A stretch of DNA of 63,856 nt, counting the filler, from Lama guanicoe (taxonomy: Eukaryota): the NCBI GenBank assembly GCA_013239625.1. It is 77 parts of 77 records of this genome, joined end to end, with 100 filler letters (N's around TTAATTAATTAA, not from the genome) between each part and the next. Parts side by side here need not be neighbours in the genome. Positions count along the whole stretch, not along the records: positions 1 to 488 come from PNXV01013263.1; positions 589 to 1,100 come from PNXV01013264.1; positions 1,201 to 2,042 come from PNXV01013272.1; positions 2,143 to 3,107 come from MU055369.1; positions 3,208 to 3,963 come from MU055370.1; positions 4,064 to 5,032 come from PNXV01013284.1; positions 5,133 to 6,102 come from MU055374.1; positions 6,203 to 7,049 come from MU055375.1; 69 more parts are not named here. One strand, given 5' to 3'. Shown one piece after another: positions 1-12,771 of this stretch. The notes below the pieces were generated by a model. That model had not been told where the DNA came from, did no database searches, and saw only the letters and a list, made by a program, of their open reading frames with translations. Within the stretch, counting starts at the first letter, position 1; every line of letters begins with the position of its first letter. Made by a program: the position numbers and the translations under genes.

Positions 1-90
1 GGCTGTCGGCTATCAGATCGCACCCCCTCCTAACACTGGGTCAGGAGCTCAGATCTTACCCGGTGGGCGGGCGGGTCACTCCCTTTGTTA
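1..90 (-). mobile_element. Probable LINE-1 5' UTR fragment
   Basis: cagatcgcaccccctcctaacactgggtcagg...gggcgggtcact matches 63542-63608 in the same orientation. Confidence 0.5.
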
Positions 91-99
91 GCCCTCTGG

Positions 100-210
100 T
101 GAATTATTATTTCCATTTTGCATATGAGAACACTGAGGCACAGAGAGATTATGTAAACCTGTCCAGGGTCACAGAGCTTTTAAGCATCAGAACTGGAATT
201 TACTTCCACT
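100..210. mobile_element. MIR SINE core fragment
   Basis: attatttccattttgcatatgagaacactgaggcacagagagattatgtaaacctgtccagggtcacag resembles the MIR core. Confidence 0.75.
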
Positions 211-271
211 GCATGATGTCCCTCATGATAGGGGTCCTTTGCTGTGCTGAGATGTTCATATCTAAATGAAG

Positions 272-375
272 TATTTTTAATTGAAGTATAGTGATTTACA
301 AAATTTATAATATTGTTAGTTTCAGGTGTACAACAAAGTGATTCAGATAGATAGATAGATAGATAGACAGACAGA
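272..375 (-). mobile_element. LINE-1 3' end followed by a (GATA)n microsatellite
   Basis: ttttaattgaagtatagtgatttaca...ttagtttcaggtgtacaacaaagtgattcag is a laurasiatherian L1 terminus. GATA/GACA repeats lie at 347-375. Confidence 0.75.
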
Positions 376-488
376 GTAATTCCCTGACACTAGAACATAC
401 CTACCCCTCTCTATTACCCTGCAACACCACTGAAAAACCTTATCTGCATGAAATAGATCTGTGAATTGTCATTCTAAACAGCTAATGT

Positions 489-588
489 NNNNNNNNNNNN
501 NNNNNNNNNNNNNNNNNNNNNNNNNNNNNNNNTTAATTAATTAANNNNNNNNNNNNNNNNNNNNNNNNNNNNNNNNNNNNNNNNNNNN
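489..588. other. Artificial scaffold-joining linker (N44-TTAATTAATTAA-N44); first of about 76 identical copies across the window
   Basis: The same palindromic 12-mer (533-544) is centred in a 100-bp N-run at every junction (e.g. 1101-1200, 2043-2142, 63325-63424). Sequence class changes abruptly across each linker. Confidence 0.98.
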
Positions 589-1100
589 ATTCTAAATTTT
601 GTGTTTTTAATTCTATATTTTACAATTTATATTCTGTTTTAGGTATTCTATATTCTATATTCTGTGTTTTACATTCTATATTCTAAATTCTATATTCAGT
701 ATTCTGAATTCTATACTCTATATTCTGTGTTCTGTATTCCATGTTCTAAATTCTGGTTTGTGTATTCTGATTTCCTTATTCTATATTCTGTGCTCTATAT
801 TCTATATTCTGTATTCTATATTCTACATTCCGTATTCTATATTGTATATTCTGTGTTCTATATTCTATATTTTAAATTCTATATTCAGTATTCTGTATTC
901 TATATTAAATTCTGTGTTCTGCATGCCATGTTCTAAATTCTGGCTTCTATATTCTCTATTCTATAATGTATATTTTGTTTTTTCATTATATATTCTACAT
1001 TCTATATTCTGCATTTCGTATTCTATATTCTTTATACTGTGTTCAACATTGTATATTCTAAACTCTATATTCAGTATTCTGTATTCTATATTCTAAATTC
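589..1100 (+). repeat. 7-bp-based AT-rich satellite (ATTCTAT/ATTCTGT)
   Basis: Continuous degenerate heptamers with a recurring aaattctgtgttctgcattccatgttct module. Confidence 0.95.
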
Positions 1101-1200
1101 NNNNNNNNNNNNNNNNNNNNNNNNNNNNNNNNNNNNNNNNNNNNTTAATTAATTAANNNNNNNNNNNNNNNNNNNNNNNNNNNNNNNNNNNNNNNNNNNN

Positions 1201-2042
1201 AACTTGGGAATTACTGTGACCCCTGAAAAATGCGTGTGCTATGTTTCCATATGTCCAGCACACACAGTTAGTAGTGTTCTGGGGATCTGAGTTGGGGAGG
1301 TTCCTCCAACAGACAGCATCACCTGGGTTTAATAGAATCCCTTAGCTTGACTTCCCTAAGTGTTTTCCTAGGCCTAGCAGTAAGCGATGGTTGGGGATGG
1401 GCTCTAAACCAAGTATTAGCGAGTGCAACTCTGTGTGTAGTGGTGGGTTTTGAACTACTACCCCAACCTTGGAAGAGCTGTGCCCCATAAAGATGCGTGG
1501 AATCTGTTTCCCCACCTCCAGCACACACACGGAGACCTGCTCATCTGGAATTCTGAGTGCAGGGAAGTTCCTCCCACTGACAGCAGCGCCTGGGTTCTAA
1601 AAGAATCCCTTAGCTTGTCTTCCCTGATGGCATGCCTAGGCTGGAGACTGGGGGTAAGTGGCAGTTGCGCTCTAAACCAAGTATTAGCGAGAGCCTATCC
1701 ATGGGATGTGGGTTTTTAACCTACAACCCACAACCATGGAATAAATGTGCCCCCTGAAAGATGCTTTGACTGTTTCCCTACATCCAGCACACACAGGAAG
1801 ATGTGTTCTGGTATTCTGAGAGTGGGGAAGTTCCTCAAACTGACAGCAGCAACTTGATACTATTAGTATCCCTTAGCTTCTGTTCCATGAGTGTTCTTTT
1901 AGGCCAGACCATGAGGGAAAGATGGGGGTTGGGGTTGGAGACCACGTAGCAGTGAGTGCCCCTGATCCATTGAGGAATTACTTAGAGGATTTATCCTAAA
2001 CGGAACACCTTTTCCTCCATTCATCTGGGTGCAGTGGGGCTG
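1201..2042 (-). repeat. Diverged ~265-bp satellite related to the 266-268-bp family
   Basis: ccagcacacac recurs at ~1255, 1518 and 1783. 1548-1627 aligns to the satellite at ~58477-58555. Confidence 0.85.
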
Positions 2043-2142
2043 NNNNNNNNNNNNNNNNNNNNNNNNNNNNNNNNNNNNNNNNNNNNTTAATTAATTAANN
2101 NNNNNNNNNNNNNNNNNNNNNNNNNNNNNNNNNNNNNNNNNN

Positions 2143-3107
2143 CTTATTCTATATTATAAATTCTGTGTTCTATATTCTGTATTCTACATTTAATATTATG
2201 TATATCATATTCAATTTTCTATGTTGTGATTTTAATGTTCTAAATTCTGGGTTCTGTTTTCTGTATTCTATATTCTATATTCTGTGTTCTTCACTCAGTG
2301 TTGTACATTTTATATTCTGTATACAACATCCTATATTCTGTGTTCTGCATTCCATGTTCTAAATTTTATCGTCTGTATTCTCTATTCTATATTCTATACT
2401 CTATGTTCTGCATTCCATGTTCTAAATTCTGGGTTCTGTATTCTGTATTCTATATTCTATNNNNNNNNNNNNNNGTCTGTGATCTTCATTCTATATTCTG
2501 TATTCTGTATTCTATATTCCACATTCAGTGTTGTACATTCTGTACTCTACATTTTATATTCTGTAATCTGTATTCTAATTCGAAATTCTGTGTTCTACTT
2601 TTTATGCTCTACATTCTATATTCTGTATTCTGTACTCTGTATTTTAAATTCTGTGTTCTGAGTTCAATGTTCTAATTTCTATGTTCGGTATTCTGAATTC
2701 TATATTCTAAATTCTGTATTCTAAATTCTAAATTATTTGTTCTGTATTCCATGGTCTAAATACTCGGTTCTGAATCTGAGTTCTACANNNNNNNNNNNNN
2801 NNNNNNNNNNNNNNNNNNNNNNNNNNNNNNNNNNNNNNNNNNNNNNNNNNNNNNNNNNNNNNNNNNNNNNNNNNNNNNNNNNNNNNNNNNNTAAATTCTG
2901 TGAATTCAATGTTCTAAATTCTGTGTTCTGTATTCTGTATTCTATATTCTATAATCTGTGATCTTCATTCTATATTCTGTATTCTGTATTCTATATTCCA
3001 CATTCAGTGTTGTGCATACTGTACTCTACTTTTTATATTCTGTAATCTGTATTCTAATTCGAAATTCTGTTTTCTACATTCTATATTCTGTATTCTGTAC
3101 TCTATAT
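2143..3107 (+). repeat. 7-bp-based satellite with an internal ~480-bp recurrence
   Basis: Heptamer array. 2476-2640 closely matches 2955-3107 (tctgtgatcttcattc...ctaattcgaaattc). Confidence 0.95.
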
Positions 3108-3207
3108 NNNNNNNNNNNNNNNNNNNNNNNNNNNNNNNNNNNNNNNNNNNNTTAATTAATTAANNNNNNNNNNNNNNNNNNNNNNNNNNNNNNNNNNNNN
3201 NNNNNNN

Positions 3208-3963
3208 ATAGAATACTGAATATAGTATTTTGAATTTAGAATTTAGAACACAGAATATATAGTATAGACTACGGAATGCAAAATATAGTATGTCGAGTAT
3301 CGAATGAAGAACACACTATATATAATATAGAAAGGACAATATAGAACCCAGAATTTAGAACATGGAATGCAGAACACAGAATTTAGAATATAGAATACAG
3401 AATACTGAATATAGAATTTANNNNNNNNNNNNNNNNNNNNNNNNNNNNNNNNNNNNNNNNNNNNNNNNNNNNNNNNNNNNNNNNNNNNNNNNNNNNNNNN
3501 NNNNNNNNNNNNNNNNNNNNNNNNNNNNNNNNNNNNNNNNNNNNNNNNNNNNNNNNNNNNNNNNNNNNNNNNNNNNNNNNNNNNNNNNNNNNNNNNNNNN
3601 NNNNNNNNNNNNNNNNNNNNNNNNNNNNNNNNNNNNNNNNNNNNNNNNNNNNNNNNNNNNNNNNNNNNNNNNNNNNNNNNNNNNNNNNNNNNNNNNNNNN
3701 NNNNNNNNNNNNNNNNNNNNNNNNNNNNNNNNNNNNNNNNNNNNNNNNNNNNNNNNNNNNNNNNNNNNNNNNNNNNNNNNNNNNNNNNNNNNNNNNNNNN
3801 NNNNNNNNNNNNNNNNNNNNNNNNNNNNNNNNNNNNNNNNNNTAATACTGAAAAATTTAGAATATAGAATACAGAACACAGAATATCGAATAGAGAATAT
3901 GGAACCCAGACTTTAAAACATGGAATGCAGAACATAGAATTTAGAATATAGAATACAGAATAC
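3208..3963 (-). repeat. 7-bp-based satellite (reverse orientation)
   Basis: AGAATAT/AGAATAC heptamers, with an internal gap. Confidence 0.95.
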
Positions 3964-4199
3964 NNNNNNNNNNNNNNNNNNNNNNNNNNNNNNNNNNNNN
4001 NNNNNNNTTAATTAATTAANNNNNNNNNNNNNNNNNNNNNNNNNNNNNNNNNNNNNNNNNNNNTTATTTTAATCAAGAACAGCTGGGGTGAATTTATTGC
4101 ATGTGATAAGCTCACCCATTCCCAAACTTCATTTTTTGAGAGCAGTTAGAATTCCCTCTACAAAGTCTGAGAGGTGAACTGCTGAGAGGAATTCTAGCA

Positions 4200-5025
4200 T
4201 CCTTGAAAAGTGGTGTATTTATTCTCTGCAGGCTGTAGCTGAAAGTAAAAGATGTTGCCTTTGAGATGGGTTTCCTGATTGTAGGGGAGATAATGAAACT
4301 CCCGGGGAGGTGGAAAGCGCAGCACTTAGCTGTCAGAGACACAAGGGTGGTAATTAGAATGTTTTGACACAAAGAGATCTTTGATGGAATCTCATTGATT
4401 ATGAGGTCCCTAGAAACAAATTCCTACTTAATCTGATCTGAGTCATACCTCCTCGGCCAATTCTTCTCTACCAATAGCTATATCGTAAACAGTAAGATCA
4501 GTTTCTCTTTGGAAAAAAAAAAAGAAAAAGAAATGCTAGAGAGGCTTAAGGAAGACCATTGTGATAATATCCTGAATACATACTCAACTTTTTTTTGTGG
4601 TTCTCTCCAGAGTAATTGGTACTTTCATGGTGCCTGTTACAGGCATTAGGAGATGGCTGTGCACCTGGGAAAGGGAAATATGCAGAAATTTTTGGAATAA
4701 TTGAATCTGGAATCTGAGCTACTGCTAATCTTTGGGAACCCAGAAATCCCTATTGGTCCACTGGTCAGAGTGAGAATTTATGGGGTTAGGTGGTAAATGG
4801 AATTTTGGCTCAAGTTCACTTCAAAGTAAAATTACCATATGGTTATTCCCCAATCCTAATGTATGCAGTTAGAACAGATGTACTCAGAAAGTTGTATAAT
4901 TTCTATATTGATTCTCTAACCTGTTGGATTTAAGCTTTGGAAAAGGCCAAATAAAAAACCCAAGAGTCCCCTTGTAATTATGAAAAAATAATAAAACAAA
5001 TGCAATATGTCATTCATGGTACTTC
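4200..5025 (+). mobile_element. Degenerate ERVL (class III ERV) gag-protease region
   Basis: From 4659 it reads VHLGKGNMQKFLE*LNLESELLLIFGNPEIPIGPLVRVRIYG, versus ERVL protease as recalled (VHWGKGN..TFRGLLDTGSELTLIPGDP....GPPVRVGAYG). An upstream NLIDYEVPRNK gag-like segment and downstream SLTC/KAK motifs are present. Stops and frameshifts throughout. Confidence 0.8.
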
Positions 5026-5132
5026 TTGGAAANNNNNNNNNNNNNNNNNNNNNNNNNNNNNNNNNNNNNNNNNNNNTTAATTAATTAANNNNNNNNNNNN
5101 NNNNNNNNNNNNNNNNNNNNNNNNNNNNNNNN

Positions 5133-6102
5133 TTGTTAAAATGGTCACACTGCCCAAGGCAATCTACAGATTTAGTGCAATTCCTATCAAATGACCCAGG
5201 ACAAATTTCAGAGAACTAGAACAAATCATAATAACATTTATATGGAACTATAAGAGACTAGAATTGCCAAAGCATTACTGAAGAGAAAGAAAGAGGCTGG
5301 AGGAATAACTCTCCCAGACTTCAAACAATACTATAGAGCTACAGTCATCAAGACAGCATGATATTGGTACAAAAACAGACATATAGACCAATGGAANNNN
5401 NNNNNNNNNNNNNNNNNNNNNNNNNNNNNNNNNNNNNNNNNNNNNNNNNNNNNNNNNNNNNNNNNNNNNNNNNNNNNNNNNNNNNNNNNNNGGAAAACTG
5501 GAACATGTAAAACAATGAAGCTAGAGCACTGCCTTACACCATACACAAAATTCAACTCAAAATGGATCAAAGACTTAAACATAAGACAAGATACAATAAA
5601 CCTCCTAGAAGAAAATATAGGTAAACATTACCTGACATACATCTCAAAAGTGTTCTCCTAGAAGAAATAAAAGCAAGAATAAACCTATGGGACCTAATGA
5701 AACTTACAAGCTTCTGCACAGCAAAGGAAACCATAAGTAAAACAAAATGACAACCTATGGAATGGAAAAAAAATTTTTGCAAATGAAACCGAAAAAGGCT
5801 TGATCTCCAGAATATATAAACAGCTCATATGACTCAATAAGAAGAAAATAAACAACCCAATCCAAAAATGGGCAGAAGACCTAAACAAGCAATTCTCCAA
5901 GGAAGACATACAAATGATCAATAGACACATGAAAAAATGCTCAATATCACTAATTATCAGAGAAATGCAAATCAAAACTGCAATGAGGTATCACCTCACA
6001 CCAGTCAGAATGGCCGTCATTCAAAAATCCACAAGTGACAAATATGCTGTGGGGAAAAGGGAACCCTCCTACACTGCTAGTGGGAATGCAGTTTGGTGCA
6101 GC
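5133..6102 (+). mobile_element. LINE-1 ORF2 3' region
   Basis: [22 protein letters not shown] and [30 protein letters not shown] motifs. Confidence 0.95.
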
Positions 6103-6202
6103 NNNNNNNNNNNNNNNNNNNNNNNNNNNNNNNNNNNNNNNNNNNNTTAATTAATTAANNNNNNNNNNNNNNNNNNNNNNNNNNNNNNNNNNNNNNNNNN
6201 NN

Positions 6203-7049
6203 AATATAGAATGTAGAACTCAGAATATGAATATAGAATACAGAATACAGATCCCATAATTTAGAACATGGAATTAAGAACACAGAATTTAGAATATAGA
6301 TCACAGAATATAGAAAGTAGAATATAGAATGTACAACACAGAATATAGAATATAGAATACAGAACCCAGAATTTAGAACATGATGGAATGCAGAACACAG
6401 AGTCTAGAACAGAAAATACAGAATACAGAACCCAAAAACTAGAACATGGAATTCAGAACAGCAAATTTAGTATATAGGATACAGAATACATAATAAAGAA
6501 TGTATCATGCAGAATGCAGAACTCCGAATATAGAATATAGAATACAGAATGCAGAACACAAAATTTAGAACATGGAATACATAACACAGGGTTTAGAAAA
6601 TAGAATACAGAATTCAGAATAAAGAATTCAGAATAGAGAATGTAGAACTCAAAATATAGAATGCAGAATTCAGAATACAGAATTTAGAACATGGAATGCA
6701 GAACACAGAGTATAGAATATAGAATACAAATACAGAAACCAGAATTTTGAACATGGAATAGAGAACACAGAATACAGGATATAGAATACAGAATACAGCA
6801 TATAGAATGTANNNNNNNNNNNNNNNNNNNNNNNNNNNNNNNNNNNNNNNNNNNNNNNNNNNNNNNNNNNNNNNNNNNNNNNNNNNNNNNNNNNNNNNNN
6901 NNNNNNNNNNNNNNNNNNNATATAATTTAAACTCAGAAAATCTAATATAGAATACAGAATTCAGAACGCAGAATTTAGAACATGGAATTCAGAACACAGG
7001 ATTTAGAATATAGATCACAGAATATAGAAAGTAGAATATAGAATGTACA
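6203..7049 (-). repeat. 7-bp-based satellite (reverse orientation)
   Basis: AGAATAC/AGAATAT heptamers with repeated aatttagaacatggaat modules. 6258-6335 recurs at 6972-7049. Confidence 0.95.
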
Positions 7050-7804
7050 NNNNNNNNNNNNNNNNNNNNNNNNNNNNNNNNNNNNNNNNNNNNTTAATTA
7101 ATTAANNNNNNNNNNNNNNNNNNNNNNNNNNNNNNNNNNNNNNNNNNNNCCGCTTTTCACCCTACTCCTAGAATAGCTGTCATTCTGTTACACCTTGGCC
7201 TGTGAGACAGGCTTGCCTGAATCCTCACGTGAAGAGGGACGGTTTTGTGTAGTTTTAAAAAATTGCTTGGGTCATGTGGTCCTTCGTTCCCTCCATTGGA
7301 AATCACTATTTCAGGGCAAATAGTATGCATCTATAGAAGCTGTATTGTTTGTAAGATGTCTTCAGAGGTTTTGCAGTGGGTTTAAATATTTGCTTGGTGA
7401 TGGCATCTTGATTTATTTTAGGAGGCAACCCTCACTAGGGGCTTTGTGTGCTTCCTGGCTGAGAGTTCCCTTACTGGCAGTAGAGTGTTCGTAGGCAGAA
7501 TTAGAAAATTACCTGGTCTGAGAAGCCGAATTTGCCCGCAGCTGGGAATTGGCAGGAGAGTCAGTTATGGAAGGAAGGCTTTAGGATTATCTGGTAGCAG
7601 AATTCTGGGATCCAAACCCTGGGAATCCTCAGCTTTTGTAGATTATTATGTTCTTTAGAAATAGGCTATTGGATAATTTTAACACTTGTTAATGGATGTA
7701 GAGTNNNNNNNNNNNNNNNNNNNNNNNNNNNNNNNNNNNNNNNNNNNNTTAATTAATTAANNNNNNNNNNNNNNNNNNNNNNNNNNNNNNNNNNNNNNNN
7801 NNNN

Positions 7805-9027
7805 CAGCCTCTGTCACTGGGATTTCCTGCAAACCCTCCTCGCATTCCCTGGCTCTCAGACATTAGGAAAACTCTCAGGGGATACGAGCTTAGCATTCCT
7901 TTAGAACCCACGCGCTGCCGACCGTCGGTGGAACCTCCGCACGCTCAGGATTTCGGCAAAATTGTCAGTGCGTGGGAGAACTCGAGAGAAAAATCCACGC
8001 AGCTCTCTTCAGTCACAGGTGTTCCCTGTTTGGGGAAGTCCGAGAAATACCTTCCCTGACCTTGGGGAGGCAGCCTCTGTCACTGGGACTTCCTGCAAAC
8101 CAGCATTCCCTGGCACAGAGACATTAGGAAAACCCTCAGGGGAGACGAGCTTAAGTGTTCCGTTAGGACCCACGCGCTGCCGACCGTTGGTGGAACCTCG
8201 CCACGCTAAGGATTCCGGAAACATTGTCAGTGCGTGGGGGAGCTCGAGAGACAACTCCACGCAGCTCTCTTCAGTCACAGGTGTTCCCTGTTCGGGGAAG
8301 TCCGAGAAATACCTTCCCTGACCTTGGGGAGGCAGCCTNNNNNNNNNNNNNNNNNNNNNNNNNNNNNNNNNNNNNNNNNNNNNNNNNNNNNNNNNNNNNN
8401 NNNNNNNNNNNNNNNNNNNNNNNNNNNNNNNNNNNNNNNNNNNNNNNNNNNNNNNNNNNNNNNNNNNNNNNNNNNNNNNNNNNNNNNNNNNNNNNNNNNN
8501 NNNNNNNNNNNNNNNNNNNNNNNNNNNNNNNNNNNNNNNNNNNNNNNNNNNNNNNNNNNNNNNNNNNNNNNNNNNNNNNNNNNNNNNNNNNNNNNNNNNN
8601 NNNNNNNNNNNNNNNNNNNNNNNNNNNNNNNNNNNNNNNNNNNNNNNNNNNNNNNNNNNNNNNNNNNNNNNNNNNNNNNNNNNNNNNNNNNNNNNNNNNN
8701 NNNNNNNNNNNNNNNNNNNNNNNNNNNNNNNNNNNNNNNNNNNNNNNNNNNNNNNNNNNNNNNNCTCGAGAGACAACTCCACGCAGCTCTCTTCAGTCAC
8801 AGGTGTTCCCTGTAAGGGGGAACTCTGAGAAATACCTTCCCTGAACTTGGGGAGGCAGCCTCTGTCACTGGATTGCCTGCAAACCCCCCTAGCATTCCCT
8901 GGCACAGAGACATTTGGAAAAAACCCAGGGGAGACGAGCTAGGGCATTCCGTTAGAACCCACGCCCTACCGACCGTTCGTAGACCCTCCCCACGCTCAGG
9001 ATTCCGGAACCATTGTCAGTGCGTGGG
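7805..9027 (+). repeat. 266-268-bp GC-rich tandem satellite
   Basis: The cagcct(ctgtcactgg) anchor occurs at 7805, 8071, 8333 (cut by the gap) and ~8856. Confidence 0.95.
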
Positions 9028-9127
9028 NNNNNNNNNNNNNNNNNNNNNNNNNNNNNNNNNNNNNNNNNNNNTTAATTAATTAANNNNNNNNNNNNNNNNN
9101 NNNNNNNNNNNNNNNNNNNNNNNNNNN

Positions 9128-9651
9128 TCAGCAAATGGTGTTGGGAAAACTGGACAGCAGCATGTAAAGTAATGAACCTAGAACACTTCCTTACACCATA
9201 CACAAAAAATCAATTCAAAATGGATCAAATACTTAAACATAAGATAAGATACAATAAACCTCCTAGAGGAAAATATAGGCAAAACATTATCTGACATACA
9301 TCTCAAAAATGTTCTCCTAGAACAGTCTACCCAAGCAATAGAAATAAAAGCAAGAATAAACAAATGGNNNNNNNNNNNNNNNNNNNNNNNNNNNNNNNNN
9401 NNNNNNNNNNNNNNNNNNNNNNNNNNNNNNNNNNNNNNNNNNNNNNNNNNNNNNNNNNNNNNNNNNNNNNNNNNNNNNNNNNNNNNNNNNNNNNNNNNNN
9501 NNNNNNNNNNNNNNNNNNNNNNNNNNNNNNNNNNNNNNNNNNNNNNNNNNNNNNNNNNNNNNNNNNNNNNNNNNNNNNNNNNNNNNTATAAATGATCAAT
9601 AAGCACATGAAAAAATGCTCAGTATCTCTAATTATCAGAGAAATGCAAATC
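9128..9651 (+). mobile_element. LINE-1 ORF2 3' fragment
   Basis: [11 protein letters not shown] and [16 protein letters not shown] motifs; similar to 5493-5975. Confidence 0.93.
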
Positions 9652-12600
9652 NNNNNNNNNNNNNNNNNNNNNNNNNNNNNNNNNNNNNNNNNNNNTTAAT
9701 TAATTAANNNNNNNNNNNNNNNNNNNNNNNNNNNNNNNNNNNNNNNNNNNNCTGCTCAATTTAATTACTGTGTAATGAGACATAATTTTTTAATGTATTT
9801 CTATGGTGTTCTGATACAGATTTTTCAATGTGTTAATTTACTAAAACCTAAAGCTTATGCACTTAGGGAACTACAGAAGCTGGAGCAATGTCCCTCCTTC
9901 CACCCAGAATGCTTAACTTTTCCATATTATCTTCCTAGTCCTCATGGATGTTAGCCAAACATAAGCTAGTGTTTGATACAAAATATAAAGCTGTGAGACA
10001 GAAAATGTGTGTTTTGTCCCCAGTTCCCTGTATGTGAGTTCAGATAATTCCCTTAATGTCTTCATACTTTCATTCTCACTAATGTAACAATAGAGATCAT
10101 GCTCTGTACATATCTCTCAAGGCAGGAAGAGTAAACAAAACACAAGAGAGTACTGTCAGCCCTTCTGAACACATATCAGTCTGAGGTACAGCTGAGCCTG
10201 ACTGTGTAACCCACCTTTNNNNNNNNNNNNNNNNNNNNNNNNNNNNNNNNNNNNNNNNNNNNNNNNNNNNNNNNNNNNNNNNNNNNNNNNNNNNNNNNNN
10301 NNNNNNNNNNNNNNNNNNNNNNNNNNNNNNNTTTTTCCTTACACTGTGCTGGCCATAAGATTTCTGCCCATCCCTAACCCCTACCTCCACCCACCCTCCC
10401 TAGTACGGTATTTGGTGTGCAATTGCAGGCTGGTTTTGAATGACCAGGAGGGGAGGGACTGGAAGGCAGCATGGTTAGAACTGGAAGCTCTCTGACCTGG
10501 CTCTCCACCTGAGCACTACACAGCTCAGACTCTTAAGCAACATCATCCTAAGAGTTNNNNNNNNNNNNNNNNNNNNNNNNNNNNNNNNNNNNNNNNNNNN
10601 TTAATTAATTAANNNNNNNNNNNNNNNNNNNNNNNNNNNNNNNNNNNNNNNNNNNNATTTATTAGCAACACACTAATAGATACAAGCCCTTGCTGGAAAA
10701 AGATTTTTCTAGAAAGTGAGATAAACATACTTAAAAATGTTGTATTATAGGTGCTAATAGAAGAATGTATAGCATGAATATTCTAGTATGGGGATAAATT
10801 TGTTTATGAAAGTAATGGAAGCTACATAAAGAAGTAACCCCTACTGAGTCTTAAGGGATAAACAGGAGTCAACCAGTGGTGGGCACTTTGAGGAAGAGAA
10901 GAAAGAAGAAAAAAGTAGCTGTATAGGATGACCGACCCTTGGAGGATGAATAGGAGTTCATGAAACAGTGAGACCAGTTTCTAAAAGTTCTTATATACAA
11001 TGCTAAGGCATTTAGCATTTATTTCATAATAATGGAGGATTTGAGACAGAAATAAAAGTGGTGAAAATTATGGGTGAGAATTATTTGAATTTNNNNNNNN
11101 NNNNNNNNNNNNNNNNNNNNNNNNNNNNNNNNNNNNTTAATTAATTAANNNNNNNNNNNNNNNNNNNNNNNNNNNNNNNNNNNNNNNNNNNNAAAATCTT
11201 ATTGTATACATACAAATGTTTATTTTTACCATTCTTTCACTTAGAGGTTTTTGAGTCCCTAGAAGGAATAAATTTTCCTGTCATCTTTATAATCCATACT
11301 CTTTTGGATTCTGTTAAGTGCTCCAAAATGATGTTGATAAATACACTTATGCACAAGATCCTGGGTTCTATAAGCAGTGCCTCCATTAAGGGGCAAACAA
11401 ACAATCAAAAAANNNNNNNNNNNNNNNNNNNNNNNNNNNNNNNNNNNNNNNNNNNNNNNNNNNNNNNNNNNNNNNNNNNNNNNNNNNNNNNNNNNNNNNN
11501 NNNNNNNNNNNNNNNNNNNNNNNNNNNNNNNNNTGATTTGTGCACTAATTGTAAATAATAGCTATGTTCTGTATCAGTAAACTGTAGTAAATTCAGTTCT
11601 ACCAAGAGTTATATTCTTTATTTAGAAATAATTTCCATTAAACATAAGCCAAATTCAAAATGAGAGATAAAATTTTTAAATAAATAAATGTACACTCAAG
11701 CTACAATGTATATTTTTCCTTCTGTATGTGTATATTACATTCTAAATAAATATTAGCAACCTGATTTCATGGCATATTATAAGTATTATAAACTATAGTT
11801 AAGTTTGATTTAGTCCTGTGTCATAAGTATTATTTAACAAATGCAAATCAATATATTTGATACCATCAATTAAAAAACAGAAAATTCAAAAGTGACAATC
11901 TCAGAAAATGTAGGAAAATTATTGACAGAACTGATCTTAAATTTGTATACAAAAAGATCTTAACAAATTTTCTTTAAATAAAATATAACTAAACATAATA
12001 AAAGCNNNNNNNNNNNNNNNNNNNNNNNNNNNNNNNNNNNNNNNNNNNNTTAATTAATTAANNNNNNNNNNNNNNNNNNNNNNNNNNNNNNNNNNNNNNN
12101 NNNNNGGAGAGTTTCCCTTCAGAAGCTGCTAAGTGTGGTTTTGCACCTGTAGGTTATTTGCAACCATGTCATCGACCTAGGAGTAAGATCTAACCTAACA
12201 TCTGCGGGGCGAAAAGCACTGCGGTGCTTCCGAATCAACAGAGAACACTGAGCTTTGTGAAACAGTCCTGAGGCACTTAAATCATACTTTTTCTGAAATG
12301 CTCCAAAACTGACCCACTTCACCATTCCAGGTTCAACAGGAAGGTATCGGAATTAATAGAGAGTACATGTCCTTGAAGTCTGACAAGGCCATGCTTGAAT
12401 TCGGCTACAGCACTTACTAGCCACTAAACGGACAAATTTCTGAACCCTTATCCCAATCCGCAAAAGGGGGCTGCCACCGCCCACCTGGGAGGCATGGATG
12501 TGAATGCAACACGCAAGTAGGGCGGCCGACTGGTACCTGACACGGGGCCTGGCTAGTTGCCCTCCGCTGCCCTTCTCCCCCTTTGAACTTACACTGTTCC

Positions 12601-12771
12601 CCCGGTAAGGATCAAGCCCCCCGTACAAACTGCCCGTATCTTCTGTGTATCCCCGGATACATGCCTTACCCNNNNNNNNNNNNNNNNNNNNNNNNNNNNN
12701 NNNNNNNNNNNNNNNTTAATTAATTAANNNNNNNNNNNNNNNNNNNNNNNNNNNNNNNNNNNNNNNNNNNN

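Noticed and set aside
533..544. TTAATTAATTAA recurring with unique sequence between copies, resembling a CRISPR array, piggyBac TTAA targets or recombination sites
   Set aside because: It is always centred in exactly 44+44 Ns, so it is an assembly linker. There are no cas genes and the DNA is mammalian.
8290..8308. CENP-B box in the satellites (e.g. ttcggggaagtccgag)
   Set aside because: It does not satisfy TTCGNNNNANNCGGG. I saw no full match by eye in any satellite, though I could not scan exhaustively.
7962..8905. Recurring ORFs such as RETTPRSSLQSQVFP and PANPPSIPWHRD, suggesting a paralogous protein family
   Set aside because: They are translations of the 266-268-bp satellite; frames shift between monomers.
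10332..10400. CACTGTG heptamer as a V(D)J recombination signal (also CACAGTG near 37032)
   Set aside because: No correctly spaced nonamer is visible and there is no V or J segment translation.
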